From contig NC_073393.1 of assembly GCF_028641065.1 (NCBI RefSeq), positions 21,576,001 through 21,640,000 of the forward strand: a stretch of 64,000 nt of DNA, in the 5' to 3' direction. Below are positions 37,901 to 50,637 of the stretch, one piece after another (within the stretch, counting starts at the first letter, position 1; each line of letters opens with the position of its first letter). Under the pieces are notes generated by a model that worked only from the letters and a program-made list of their open reading frames with translations, searched no databases and had not been told where the DNA came from. This stretch comes from Leucoraja erinacea (Eukaryota). The translations under genes were made by a program, and so were the position numbers.

Positions 37901-40900
37901 GTACTGTAGCTCATGTGTTTGTGTGAAAGGAGCATCTCAGTCTTTTGTTTTTGCTCGACAAACACTTTCATTATTTGGCTGTCTTGTGAATTTTGATGCG
38001 ATGTCTTAGATGTCATATAGCATGTGAAAACATCTCCAGCTACTTCTCTGTAGTAACCGTGATGACTAGAGGTGGCCACTTGCCCAATGGGGGTGACTAG
38101 TCAAATCTGGGAGTTGATAAGGATGTGGAGAGAATTGCAAAATTGGATTAATATAGGATTCGTGTAAATGGGTGGCTGATGGTCAGCATGGACTAATGGG
38201 ACAAAGGACTTGTTTCCATGATGTATCTCTCAATAACTCAGAAGCTAAATAAGTTCACATGGCCAGATATGAGAGTAAACAAAATCTGTTTAATGCAAGT
38301 CGGATGGAATAGAAGCCATTGTTATCTACAGTGAGTGTCGTATGTGGAATATGTGTTATCTGTCGGAGACGATTGTAGACTGCACTTTGGGCCACTACCA
38401 TTCTGTCATGGTAGACTTATCCAGAAACTTGTAAAAAGGAACGGCAGATGCTGGTTTGAACCAAAGATAAACACAAAAAGCTTGAGTAACTCAGCAGGAC
38501 AGGCAGCATCCTTCTGAAGACGGAAGGGTTTCAACATCGCCCATTCCTTCTCTCCAGAGAGGCTGCCTGCCCCGCTGCGTTACTCCAGCTTTTTGAGTCC
38601 ATCTAATCTAGAAACTTACTCCATGTACAAATAAAAAACTAACCAAACAAGAATTACAAATGTCAAGGATGTCTCAACAGCCATGGGAGACTGCATTTAC
38701 TTCATTTTGATCTGTGATTGTTATTGTCTTGTGTTGTGCCGTTACTGTGCTTATCAGTTCTTCATCCTCTCCTCCAGTGTGATGCAGTCAGCGTACTAGA
38801 GAAGGAGCACGATTACAGGGACGAGCACTTTGATTTCATTCAGTCACATATTCGGAGATTCTGCTTGGAGTGTATCCTTCTAAGTATAAATGAGTGTAAG
38901 TGGCGCTGAGGTTAATCCCCTGTCCTCTCTCCAGTACAGTTAAGTTTATTAGCATGTGCTCTGCGGTACAGTGAAAAGCTTTTGTTGCTTGCTATCCATT
39001 CCTGTATAGGCCCCATTGCTCAGCTATTTCTCCCAACAGTTATATGTGGACAAAGAGGGCAGACAGAAAAAGATGCAACCATTGCACAAACTGGTTGCCA
39101 TCTTCATTTGTAGAAATATAAATCAAAATCACGTTAAGAGACACAGATTTCCTGTTAATTTGAAAGATGTTTACATTTTATGCTGAATGACAGCTGTGTT
39201 AATTTAGCTGCATCTATGTGCAAGAATATCATTACAATCTAGTTTTTAGCAAGTACTTTTAATTTGAAATAGCAATGTATTTACTTCAAAGAATTAATGT
39301 AACGTCACTTGTCTCACTCGAAATTTAAGTTGAATGTTTGTCGAGCTATCCTGTACTTATCTATGCCGTAAACCAAAAGTGAAGGCCAGTGCCATTAATA
39401 GCGAGGGAGAACAGTGTTACTGCCACTATTGTTCCCATAGTCACACCCATGTCAAATGATTCCCTTAACTAGTGTTTCAGATGGTGCTGCCTTGATTTAT
39501 ACGTCAATAAAAGAAGAAAAAAATGTTGATCTCTTGTATAAATATCTTGTCCACAAAATGTACGACTTCCAGTTTACTACACCTGCCTTGGTGGTGGAAA
39601 AAGACGCAGTTTTTATGTAAGTTCCTGTCATAAAAGAATGTATTACATGCATGGGTCAACATGCACTTTGCCTGAGACACGTGTATCCCAAAGTATTTTC
39701 AGCATTGCTGTATTCCTGACCAAACTCACTTGTTCATCACACAATGCTTCAAGTTTGTATCTTCAGCCACTTTTATGTAAAACAAAATAGAAACTTGGTT
39801 TAACCCAGACCTGGCATGATTGGTTAGTTTAATATTGTCATGTGTACTGACATACAGTGAAAAGTTTTGTTTTGAGACCATTCATCAGGCTGAGAGTTGG
39901 GAGAGGGAGTCTAGAGATATGGAGGGGTTAGGTGTGAAAACGAAAGATCAAATAAAGTTGCAGGGGAAGTACCGAAGGAGGGGGTGATTTGGGTGGGAAG
40001 TGATGAGTTAACCAAGGTGTTTATTTTGGAATGGACTGCGGAAAGCCAAAAGGGGTGCAGATGGAAAGATGTGGTGGGAAGCTGCTATTGATCAACATTT
40101 TGCTTGATTGATGTTGTGGAGACATGCAAAATCATTGCACTTTTAGAGTATTTAATAATAATAATAATAATAATAATATTTCACTCGTTGGTGAAGAATA
40201 CACAGATTTAAGAACTGACTGGCCTCATTGCCAATCAATTATAGTCAATAGCACTTTATTGTTGCATGTACCTAGACACAACGATTTATTTGTTTGGCAT
40301 TCAATCTAATGATATCATATTATAAGTAAGCATAATCATAAGTACGAGGTCAACAATTGTGTAAAAATAAACTTATTCTGTGCCAGTCATTGCCATTTCA
40401 GGTGCCTCTTGAATTATTTTCTGCCCTTTCAATCTCTTGAGCAATAGTTTATTGTGATGCATGTACCTAGACACAACGATTTATTTGTTTGGCATTCAAT
40501 CTAATGATATCATATTATAAGGAAGCATAATCATGCAGTTACGAGGTCAACAATTGTGTAAAAGATTCACCTAGGAGATGGTACTTCATGGTGCTGGAGG
40601 GAATGAATGCCAGCACGCACACACTCCCCATTTGCCACATTTATCTTCCCTTTTGATGCATGCAAATCTTGAACCTTATAGTTATTTCTCGATGTCCGTG
40701 CCGGCAGGGCACATCCTCATTTGCCTCTTTTGTTCGAAATTACCTTCTGCAGATGGCTCTGGGCTCTCTTGCATTTTGGTTATTCAATAGCTCAAATGGC
40801 ACTTTTATTGTCACCTGTGTAAAGTTCAAACTCACAGTGAAATTATTTTCTTACAAACCGTCCAGTAGAGTATTGCCATACCCAAGCACATCCCCAATTA

Positions 40901-43900
40901 GCAGATTGTACAGGAGTAGTCTACTGATCCCGCATGTAAGAGGCGCCATGTTTTGGTGCCATTTTCACAGTCCTATCTGCGCTCTAGTTATTGAGCAGTG
41001 CCTGTTCCATGCAAGCCCTAAGCTGTTGTGGGCCTCCAGCCATCATCTTCCCTTGGACATGTGGGTCATCCAACGAACTGACGTCCTCTCCTTGCCCGTC
41101 CTTCTTTGTTCCCTGGAGGAGTCTCACAGCTGACGTTGGGGGTGCGGTAGGCCAGACCCCGGTTCCCCCTGGGAACTCCTGACAGTGCAGTACTGTGGCT
41201 TCTCTCTAATTTATTCCGCAGGAAGATGGGAGCTTTGCCCCACTAGTCCAAAGAGCCAACTCGTGCATTGCTAGGTCTGTGGCTGAAAATTCGGATTGCC
41301 TGATTTTGGTGGCTTGGGTGGCCAAGTCTCTGCTGAATACAAAAGCCATTAAGCCGGTTCTGTTCCTTGTTTCATCCCTTAGCCCTCCCCCTTACCCCCA
41401 CAATTGAATCTGTTAGCACTAGCACCCTCACTTTGCAATCTGACTGTCAACTCTCATTGCTGTGCGATGGGACTCCTCCCATGTGTGAGTTCCCATGTGG
41501 GAGGCTTTTGGTTGATGTTGAAATTATTTCCATGGATGGTTTACTGTTGGTTCTGTCTGTAATGTTCAGTCCTGCAGGATGGGACAAAGATAAGAAAATT
41601 GCTATTTTGTACGAGAACTTTGCGACAGTGAAGCAAGACGATGCCTACGAGGATATCATCGGCAAGCCTTTGATTAAAAAGGTAATGGCCATGTGTACAC
41701 CAAACTTTAAACCAAGGTTGCTCAGTTAAAGGTACTTCTGTTTAATCATCAAATCTATTTCTTGCCAACCTCCATTGTGCCACACCTATAAGAATAGACT
41801 TTAGACTAGAGATACAAGCGCAGAAACAAGCCCTTCGGCCACTGAGACAGCACCGACCAGCGAAACCTGTGGACTAACACTATCCTACACACTTAGGACA
41901 ATTTTACAACTTGCACAAGCCAATTAACCTACAAACCTTCACATCTTCAGAGTATGGGTGATTGGTTTTACTACCACGTCTCAGAGACGTCAACAAAAAA
42001 ACACAGTTGTACAGATGGATGGAGAGGAAAGGTTTAGGAGGATGTGGGCCAAATGTAGGCAAATGGGACTAGCCCAGAACTTGGTTGGCTTGGACAAATT
42101 TTCCCAAAGGGCCTGTTTCCAAGCTGTATAGCTGTGATTCCATAAAACTGTGGGTTGATAGGTTAATTTACCAACGTAAATTTCTCTTAAGTGTGTATGT
42201 GAGTGGTGGAATCTTGGGGTAATGGTATAAATGTCGGGAAAATAAAACAAATGGGACTAGATGGGCTGAAGGTCCACTTTCTGTGTTGTATGAATGACTG
42301 TACTTGACTAGCACTGGGAGAACAACACTACACACTGCTCACTCCTAATAATATCTTTTTCCAGCCTGTCCATGATAAAGAAGTGGCCTCAGAGGATGAG
42401 CAAGTTTTCCTCATGAAGCAGCAGGTAAGTTTCTGCCGCTGTAAATGTTTAGTCGTATTCCTCTCCAAGATCAGATATATCTGGCGTTCCCATGACGGAC
42501 GTGTAATTTGTTTGATAAAGATACAATTTGTTGCCCTCTGCTGGTGATGATACATACTTTAACCTCCTTGAGTATTGCTGATGGCCTCTATTTTAAACTC
42601 ATAAGATTGCCGAATATTCAGAATTGCCTCAACGGACTGTTATCAGAGTTTAAATTTGATGTTGAGTATGAGATATTTGAGCACATGCTTATAATTTCCA
42701 TCAGAAATAGTTTTAAACTATCTTGGAAGGGGGAAGGCAGGCAGTTTAGGGGGTGAATTCCATGGGTTTGGGCCTTGGCAGCTGCAGACCCAGCCAGCAG
42801 TGGCGCAGTGGCATAAAACTGAGTTGTAAGAGCACAGTGAAGCAGATCACAGTGGTGGAGGGAGGACAAGGTCGTGAGATGTATGGATCATAGAACAGTG
42901 CAGCACAAGAACAAGACCTAGGAGCCACAATATCTGTGCCAAGCATGATGCTAATGTCATCTGCCTGCATGTGATCCATATCCGTACATTCCCTGCATAT
43001 TCATGTGCCTAACTAAAAGCCTCATTGTATGTGCCTTCACTACCATCCCTGGCAGCATCTTCCAGGCACTCGCTACTCTTTGTATTTAAAGAAAAGCCTG
43101 CTGAGCACATCTCATTTAAACCTTTCCCCTCTCACTTTAAAGCCATGTCCTATGGTATTTGACCTTTCCACCCTGGGATAGATTCTGACTGAATCTTTAG
43201 AGAAACACCAATGGTCACAGACCTCCAGCCAGAATAACACCTTTCCACCAACACTTTTGGTCTTCTTTGGGTAAGCAAATTCTGAATCCAAATTACCAAG
43301 TTGCAGTGGATGCCATGCATTTTATCTTCATTTTCTTGAGTATGGTGTGCACAGCCTAAAATTGTAGGACAACTTGTTCCATTTGATCTTATTTGATTGT
43401 GAACGCCAGGTTGATTGCATTCAGCGAAACAGGGCGGAGCACGTGAAGGTTGCAATCTCCCATCCCATGCATTTTATCAAGGTAGGCTGATCCCATAGCT
43501 TCTGGATCAGCCTATCATGGGAGACTTATCAAATTCCTTACTAAAATACGCAATCAAAAGATGTGACATGCTTTGCGTAAAGCTATGTGGACTGTCCCTT
43601 ATTACCCATTCTCTTCTAAATACGAGTGAAAACTATCCCAAAGAATCCTCTTCAGTATTTTCTGCCACTGCTCTGGCTCCTCCTATCTGTCCGCACTGGA
43701 AAAATGCCATTTTTTTTGCTGCTTGCACATTGCAGCTGGTTTAATTTGGATTTGGGTGGAACTGCATCGGTTGGCCTTAGAATGGAACTAGTACAGGAAC
43801 TCTGGTCAGAGTGGCCGTGGAGTGGAGTCAGAACTGACAAAGCTGTAGAGTTAGTATTGGGACGTTCACAGAACGTCTGCAGTTTAAGGCAAATGCCTTC

Positions 43901-46900
43901 CCATCTGAGGCCTGGCATGAGAAGAGTCATAAACAGGGTGAAATGGTTGTTACAGGAACAGTATTTGACGTCTGCAGCCATGGATTCAGCTACACAAGTT
44001 TGAATCCCAACATGGCAGTCAGGAATTTAAACACGTAATTACATCTGAAATGAGAAGCTGGTGTAAGTAATGCTGACCATGGAGATGCTTGATTGTCATC
44101 GAAACGTGACTGATTTTCCTTCACGGAAGATAGTCTGTTTTGTGTATTGTGAGCCGTATGTGACCAATGTCATTGACTCTTAATTACTGCAAATAGGGAT
44201 AGTCAATAAATGTGGCCACTGATATTCACACACTAAGAAAAAATATTTCAAACAGTTTGAACATTTTGGTGGATACATGAAAATTATGATCACCTCTTCC
44301 TGAGACACGCATCCAATTTTTCACATTCTCTCTCCTCTCATGCTAATGGATTTGGGATGCAATCCAGGAGTGTGGGAGGAAGTGAGGAAATGATTTTAGC
44401 AGATTTTCTTCAGAAAAAGAAATTGACGACTTGTTTTAACGATGGTTTTATGATTATCTCTACTAAAACCAGTTTTAGGTTTTTACTTTTTATTGCCAAA
44501 AACTACCCAAGTGGGATTTGAGCTTGCACTTTCTGCTTTACTCATCCAAGACACTGGTTTACCAGCCAGGCACTCCATTGGTAATGACTTTGACTTTTAT
44601 AATGTCGTAATGTCACCAACAAAATCATTCAGTGCAATCTTTCCCTCCCCTTATTTCCTTTCCCATTTATCCAAATCTGTGCAATGAGATTACACGCAGT
44701 GTTTTGAGTTGTTTGTGATTGCGTTGAAGCGTGGGCTGAACAAGGTGAAGCTACAGTGAAGTTTCCAGGTTTTCTGCCTTAGGGAGACAACATCACCATT
44801 TCCAGATATATTCTAACATTGGGTGTCTTTTCTCTTGCAGTCTCTCCTTGCCAAACAGCCTGCCACTCCTTCAAGACCTGCTGTAAGTCTGAACAAAAAG
44901 AGTTTAAAATGTCAGAACAGTTTGTTTTAGAATTATGTATTTCTCTGGGCTTGGAATTTATGTCCATGCAATAGTCCTCCCTGAACTTAACGGAGAAAAC
45001 TAAGAGATGTGTGCCATTGTGCAAATAAACAGCTCTAGGAACTCTGCAGGTCAAGCAGCATCAATGGAGAGAAATGGACAGATGATGTTTTGGGTTGGGA
45101 TCTTTCACACTGAGGAATTGTAGTTTGGAATCTGCGGGTTCCCTTGCTAAATATTTGTTTAGCCCAGGTCTTGAAGAGAAGTGCACAATTATACTGCTAT
45201 CATGTCTTGTACCTTTGCCTCACTTCAGCTATATACCTCCAGATTTCTAACCACTCAGGCTAACCAATCCATGTTTCACACTCATGAAAATTCTCATTCA
45301 TGTTTAATTTTTGACAAATAAATTGATCATTGACAGTGATATCGAACATGAAGGGAAAAACTATATATAAATACCAAGTATACTGGAAACACTCGACGGG
45401 CCAGACTGCAGTTGTGGGGATAAAAATAGCCTTTTGTATGGATGTAGAACACAAGGGTGTAACTCAGCGGGTCAGACAGCATATCTGGAGGGATGGATAG
45501 CTGACGATTCAGGTTGGTATCTTTCTTCAAACTTTCATATAGACAGAACATCAACTCGATTTTCTATTCTCTGACAAAAACACACTTTGATTTTAAAATC
45601 TCCAGAAGTGTTTGAATCGTTTCTACCTTATAGGAATAGTCGTCCCTAGAAAATAAAAATAAATTCATTGTTGACACGATCACTACCTTGGGATGTCCCA
45701 AAGCATCGTGAGTCCAGAGAGTGACTTCTCTGCTTCTCTCCACAGATGCTGCCTGACTGCTGAGTGTTTCTAGCAGTTTCTATAGGAAGAAACTGCAGAT
45801 GCTGGTTTTACCCTGAAGAAAGTCACAAAATGCTAGAGTAACTCAGTGGGACAGGCAGCATCTCTGGAGAAAAGGAATAGGTGACATTTGGGTTGAACCC
45901 CTTCTTCAGACCAAGAGGCAGGTCTGAAAAAGGGTCTCGACCTGAAACATCACCTATTCCATTCCTCCAGACATGCTGCCTAACCCGCAGAATTTCTCCA
46001 GCATTTTGTTTTCAGCAGTTTGTTTTATTTCTGATTCCCAATGGTTTTTTTGGTGTTGCACCCTCCTGAAACACGAGCTTCTTCTTGCAAATGAAACATA
46101 CACCAAAGGAATAGTTAGATCTCAAGCCGGGTGTTGAGCAGCCAGGTTGTTGTCTCTGGGTCAATGTCTGCCAGGCCCTGAGCTCCATTTGGTGGGTGGT
46201 AGATCGGGCACCCAGAGATGACATGGTTGGCTGTCTGTTGTTCTGCTCCGCGTTCACAGGCTGGGCACTGGCGGAATTCCCCATCTCCACATGCTGGCAT
46301 TGAAACACCCAACTCCAGTACAAAATCTGTTGAGCTTCACCCATGCTCCTCTGGGGAGGTCAGACCCTGGACAGCTTTTATCTGGTAAACTGACAGGCAG
46401 GGAGACTCCAGGTGAAACTCCAACTGCAATAATTAAAGGGTGAAGTTGTTTCTGTTTTTACCTTTGTAACGGGAGTTGGTCTTCTTTCAAGGTTGGCATC
46501 AAATGCAGATTTGGAAAGTTCCTTTTAATTTATTGGAAATTTTTTAAATATTAGTATGTTATATATTAGTACTGTGTTTACAGACCTGTTTAGCTGCTGC
46601 AAGTAGAAGTTTCATTGTACTGTTTCAGTGCATATGACAGTTAAATGGTCTTGGCTCCAGACTCTTGATCCTAAAAGGTGAAAATAGTTGTTCATTGTTT
46701 TAGTAAATTAGGTGGCTTGCAGCCACCAACCTGAGGGCAGTTGGGGATGGACCATAAATACTGGCCTTGCCAATAATCGCCCAGATCCTGAAAATGAAAA
46801 CAAAACAATCATCATCTGTCTTCCTGTGATTTCTCCCAGGACTCGCCAAGGCAACCGGGTGGTTCCCCCCGGACCCCAAGACAACCAGGTGGCACAAACA

Positions 46901-49900
46901 TGGTGACTGCCGTGCCGCCTATCACATCGGGAACTCCGAAAGGTGAGCAATGCAAGTGTCAGCATTTGTTGGATTTACGGAAATGATTGTGATGCAGTTG
47001 TTTCTGTCGTGAACAAAACATTTTTTTCAATGGAACAATAATACTTTGTCACATGTAACGAGGGACAGTGAAATTCATTTATATGTACAGTTCAGTACAA
47101 GTATCACTATACATAAGCACTTAGATATATCTTGCATAAACATCTCGGATACAGTACAAGTGTACAACAGTGGTGCTCTGTTTCAATTTCTAGAGTCGTC
47201 AATTTTGGTACCATTTTCGAGTCCCAGTTTGTAAGTGCAGGGTTCATGACCTGATCATGAAGGCCTGTTCTGGCGACATTGCAGGGTCGGCTTGACTAAG
47301 TGTGCTCGTTGATGTCCTCCATTGCTGCATGCTGTGTCTGCCATCCGGTCTGCTTACCGGCCCTCCATCCGACTGCTTTTCTCCGTCCGACTCCTTCCAC
47401 TCTGGGCGGGTGGCGTGGGTCCTCCGTCCATGCGAGCACGCCAGGCCTTCCGGGAGGATTCTCAGTGTGCGGTCTGTGCCGAGCGGTCAGGGCCTGCTGG
47501 TGGGATACAACTGGCCTGTTTGCCGGAATACTCCCGCCAGGCAGGATTATGTATTTGCTGCAACAGATGACAGAATAAGCATGCTTCTGTGCCATGAGAC
47601 TATAACCAGTTTTCACACAGCAAAACTCCACCATAGGACGAAGAGTGTTTGTTGATACCTGAATTAAATATGTAAGTCAGTATAGAATGTTGAAAATCTC
47701 ACCCACTCTAACCCTCTTGCTACTGAGTCTTCTGTGGCCAGGCATTACTGTAATTTAGAGTAAAATCCCACCGTGGAAGTGTAATTACAACCAGGTGAGC
47801 TATGTTTAAATTAATGATGGGATAAATATTAACCCACTTTGTCTTTGAAAAGATGCAGTTGGATTTTTACCCCATGACAGGTGAGACGAGAGCTTACTGA
47901 AACGTCGCACCTAAAACTTGCCACTTCAAATAATGAACAATCCCTCAGTGTTGAGTGGGGTTTAGTTTGGAGATACAGCGTGGAAACGGGCCCTTTGGCC
48001 CATTGGGTCCGTGCCAACCAGTGATCCCCGCACATTAACACTTTCCTACACCCACAATGGACAATTTTTACATTTACCAAGCCAATTAACCTACAAACCT
48101 TTACGTCTTTAGAGTGTGGGACGAAACCGAAGATCTCTGAGAAAACCCACGCAGGTCACGGGGAGAACGTACAAACTCGGTGCAGACAGCACCCGTAGTC
48201 GGGATCGAACCCGGGTCTCCGGCGCTGCATTCGCTGTAAGGCAGCAACTCTACCGCTGCCCAATCGTGCCAAGCTAGACTTGGGGCAGCACAGTGGCTCA
48301 GCGGTAATGTTGCTGCCTTACAATGCTAGAGACCTGGCTTTGATCATGACTGTGGGTGCTGCCTATATGGAGTTTGTACGTTCTCCCTGTGACTGTGTAC
48401 GTTTCCTCCTGGTGCTCTGGTTTCCTCCCACATTCTAAAGACGTGCAGGTTTGTAGGTTAATTGGCTTCTAAAGTAAAATTGAATTTCTGGAGTGAGATT
48501 TGCCCACATCCATTTGTTTGCCATAAACGCTAGCCACTGAGCCTCTGTAATACCTGACTATAGAAAACTTAGTTTCAAGAGACCTTCAAGAAACTGGTGA
48601 GATTTTCAGTATTCTAAATGGACGTGTACATTTAATTCCATTATCAACTACTAGTTTCAGTTATCAACAATCAATCTGCTGGGGAACTCTGATCGAGCAG
48701 CATCTCCAGAGATGGGGGAGAGATGTGGGTGGGGAGGCAGGGGTGGAATGGTCAACATTTTGGGTTAAGGCGCTGCAAGGAATGTGAGGGCAAATAACCA
48801 GTGTATAGAGGAGAGGAGGGATGGTGAGACAAAGCAAGAGCGATGACTGGTGGACAGAGGACTGGTGAAATGCAATGGGCATGTGGAAGGGAGGGAGGAG
48901 GGACTAAGTTGGGAAGCAAAGGCAGGTAAGATGGTTGGAGGCAGTCAAAAGAGGGGGGAAAAAAATTAAAATAAAGAAAAACAAGGATGCAGATGGAGCC
49001 TGGGGAAGGGACGGCGGGGAGAAGGTGGAGACGTATGGTGGAGGATGATAAATAGGGACACAAAGGCTGCCAGTTGGAAACTGGTAAGTAAGGAAGATGA
49101 AAATGGGTGGCAGTAGGGGAGCATGGAATGCAGGTAGAACCAGATGGAGAAGAGGTGGGGGAAGTGTGTGAAGTACATGGATGGAAACAGGAGTGGAGTG
49201 ATGTAAATGGATGATGGGGAAACTGGACAAATGGGTGGTCTGGGGGAAGATTAGAATGATAGAAAGAAAGGTGGGGATTGTAAAATCCTTTGTTCATTGG
49301 ATTGTACACGACACATGCGGGATGTGGCATGTTGGGCCTTGTCAGTACATGCAATATACACAATACAATTTATTTGTCACTTGAACCTCATAGAGGCTCA
49401 AATGAAATGTTGTTTCCACAGACCTTTGGTTTGGTGCAGAGAGGAAAGCAATTGGAGGTGATGGTGGTCAGACCAATTTCTGACGAGGCTTTTGCCAGAA
49501 TTGGCTCTGTTTTTCGGCATGAGAAAGCTGAAGATTAATTAAAGAATTGAAGCGAGGAATTGAAGACGACTTTTTGTACTTTAATATGGACCCTAGCAGT
49601 TTGGCAATTTCCCCAGTAACTTCTGTGGTATTCTGTGGAATATATTTTAAAAAAAAATTGAAATAGATTTTTAAAAGCTCAGCACCCCATGCGGTTAGTT
49701 GACCTCTGGTTGAACTAGCTCAGGATGAGGTTTATAGGCCTAATACACTTTCCAGGCTGATCACAGCTCCATTGCTGCAGTAAGCACTTAACTGTGATTA
49801 AATAACTTGTGAGTGTGACATTGTGCAATTCATCTACTTTGGACCCAATTTTGTTTGAGTAATGCTTAGGAAGGCGAGATAATTCTGCGTAATGAAATTT

Positions 49901-50603
49901 CAGTGACCCCCAATTGAAATTTTGCCCATCTGAGACTCTGAATTCAGCAGTAATTTAGTTTGCTCTCAGCTGTAGTATAATTTAAAAATCAATAACTGCT
50001 TAGCCTGCAAGCAAGGTACTGAGCACTAGAGGGCTGTCTCGGCTTGTTTTAACAAAAGTTACTTTGTCTAATTTAAAACAAACCTTGATCAGTTCCATAT
50101 CCCCCACTGCAGAGTTTCACAATTTCTGCTCTTCACTTCCACTTCTAACATGATGAGCATTTGAAGGCACTGTGCGTGTACTTGCTGGAGTTTAGAAGGA
50201 TGAGGGTTGGACCTTATAAAACTTACCGAATAGTGAAAGGCCTGGATAGAGTGAATGTGGAGAGGATGTTACCACTTGTGGGAGAGTCTAGGACCAGAGA
50301 CCATAGCCTCCGAATAATAGATCGTTGGTTTAGAAAGGAGATAAGGAGGAATTTCTTTAGCCAGAGGGTGGTGAATCTGTGGAATTTACTGCCACAGGAT
50401 ATTTTTAAGGTGGAGATTGACAGATTCTTGATTAGTAAGAGTGTCGGATTACGGGGAGAAGGCAGGAGAATGGGGTTGGGAGAGGGAAAAATAAATCAGC
50501 CATGTTTTAATGGCAGACTTGATGGGCCGAATAGCCTAATTCTGCTCCTAGAATGTATGGAAAAATGGACAATAGCCACCCCTCTATACCTCTATCAGCT
50601 CTC

Positions 50604-50637
<34 letters not shown>

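Noticed and set aside
48752-49363. 203-aa His/Pro-rich - strand ORF
   Set aside because: Translation of a purine-skewed degenerate PLE 3' UTR with no domain.
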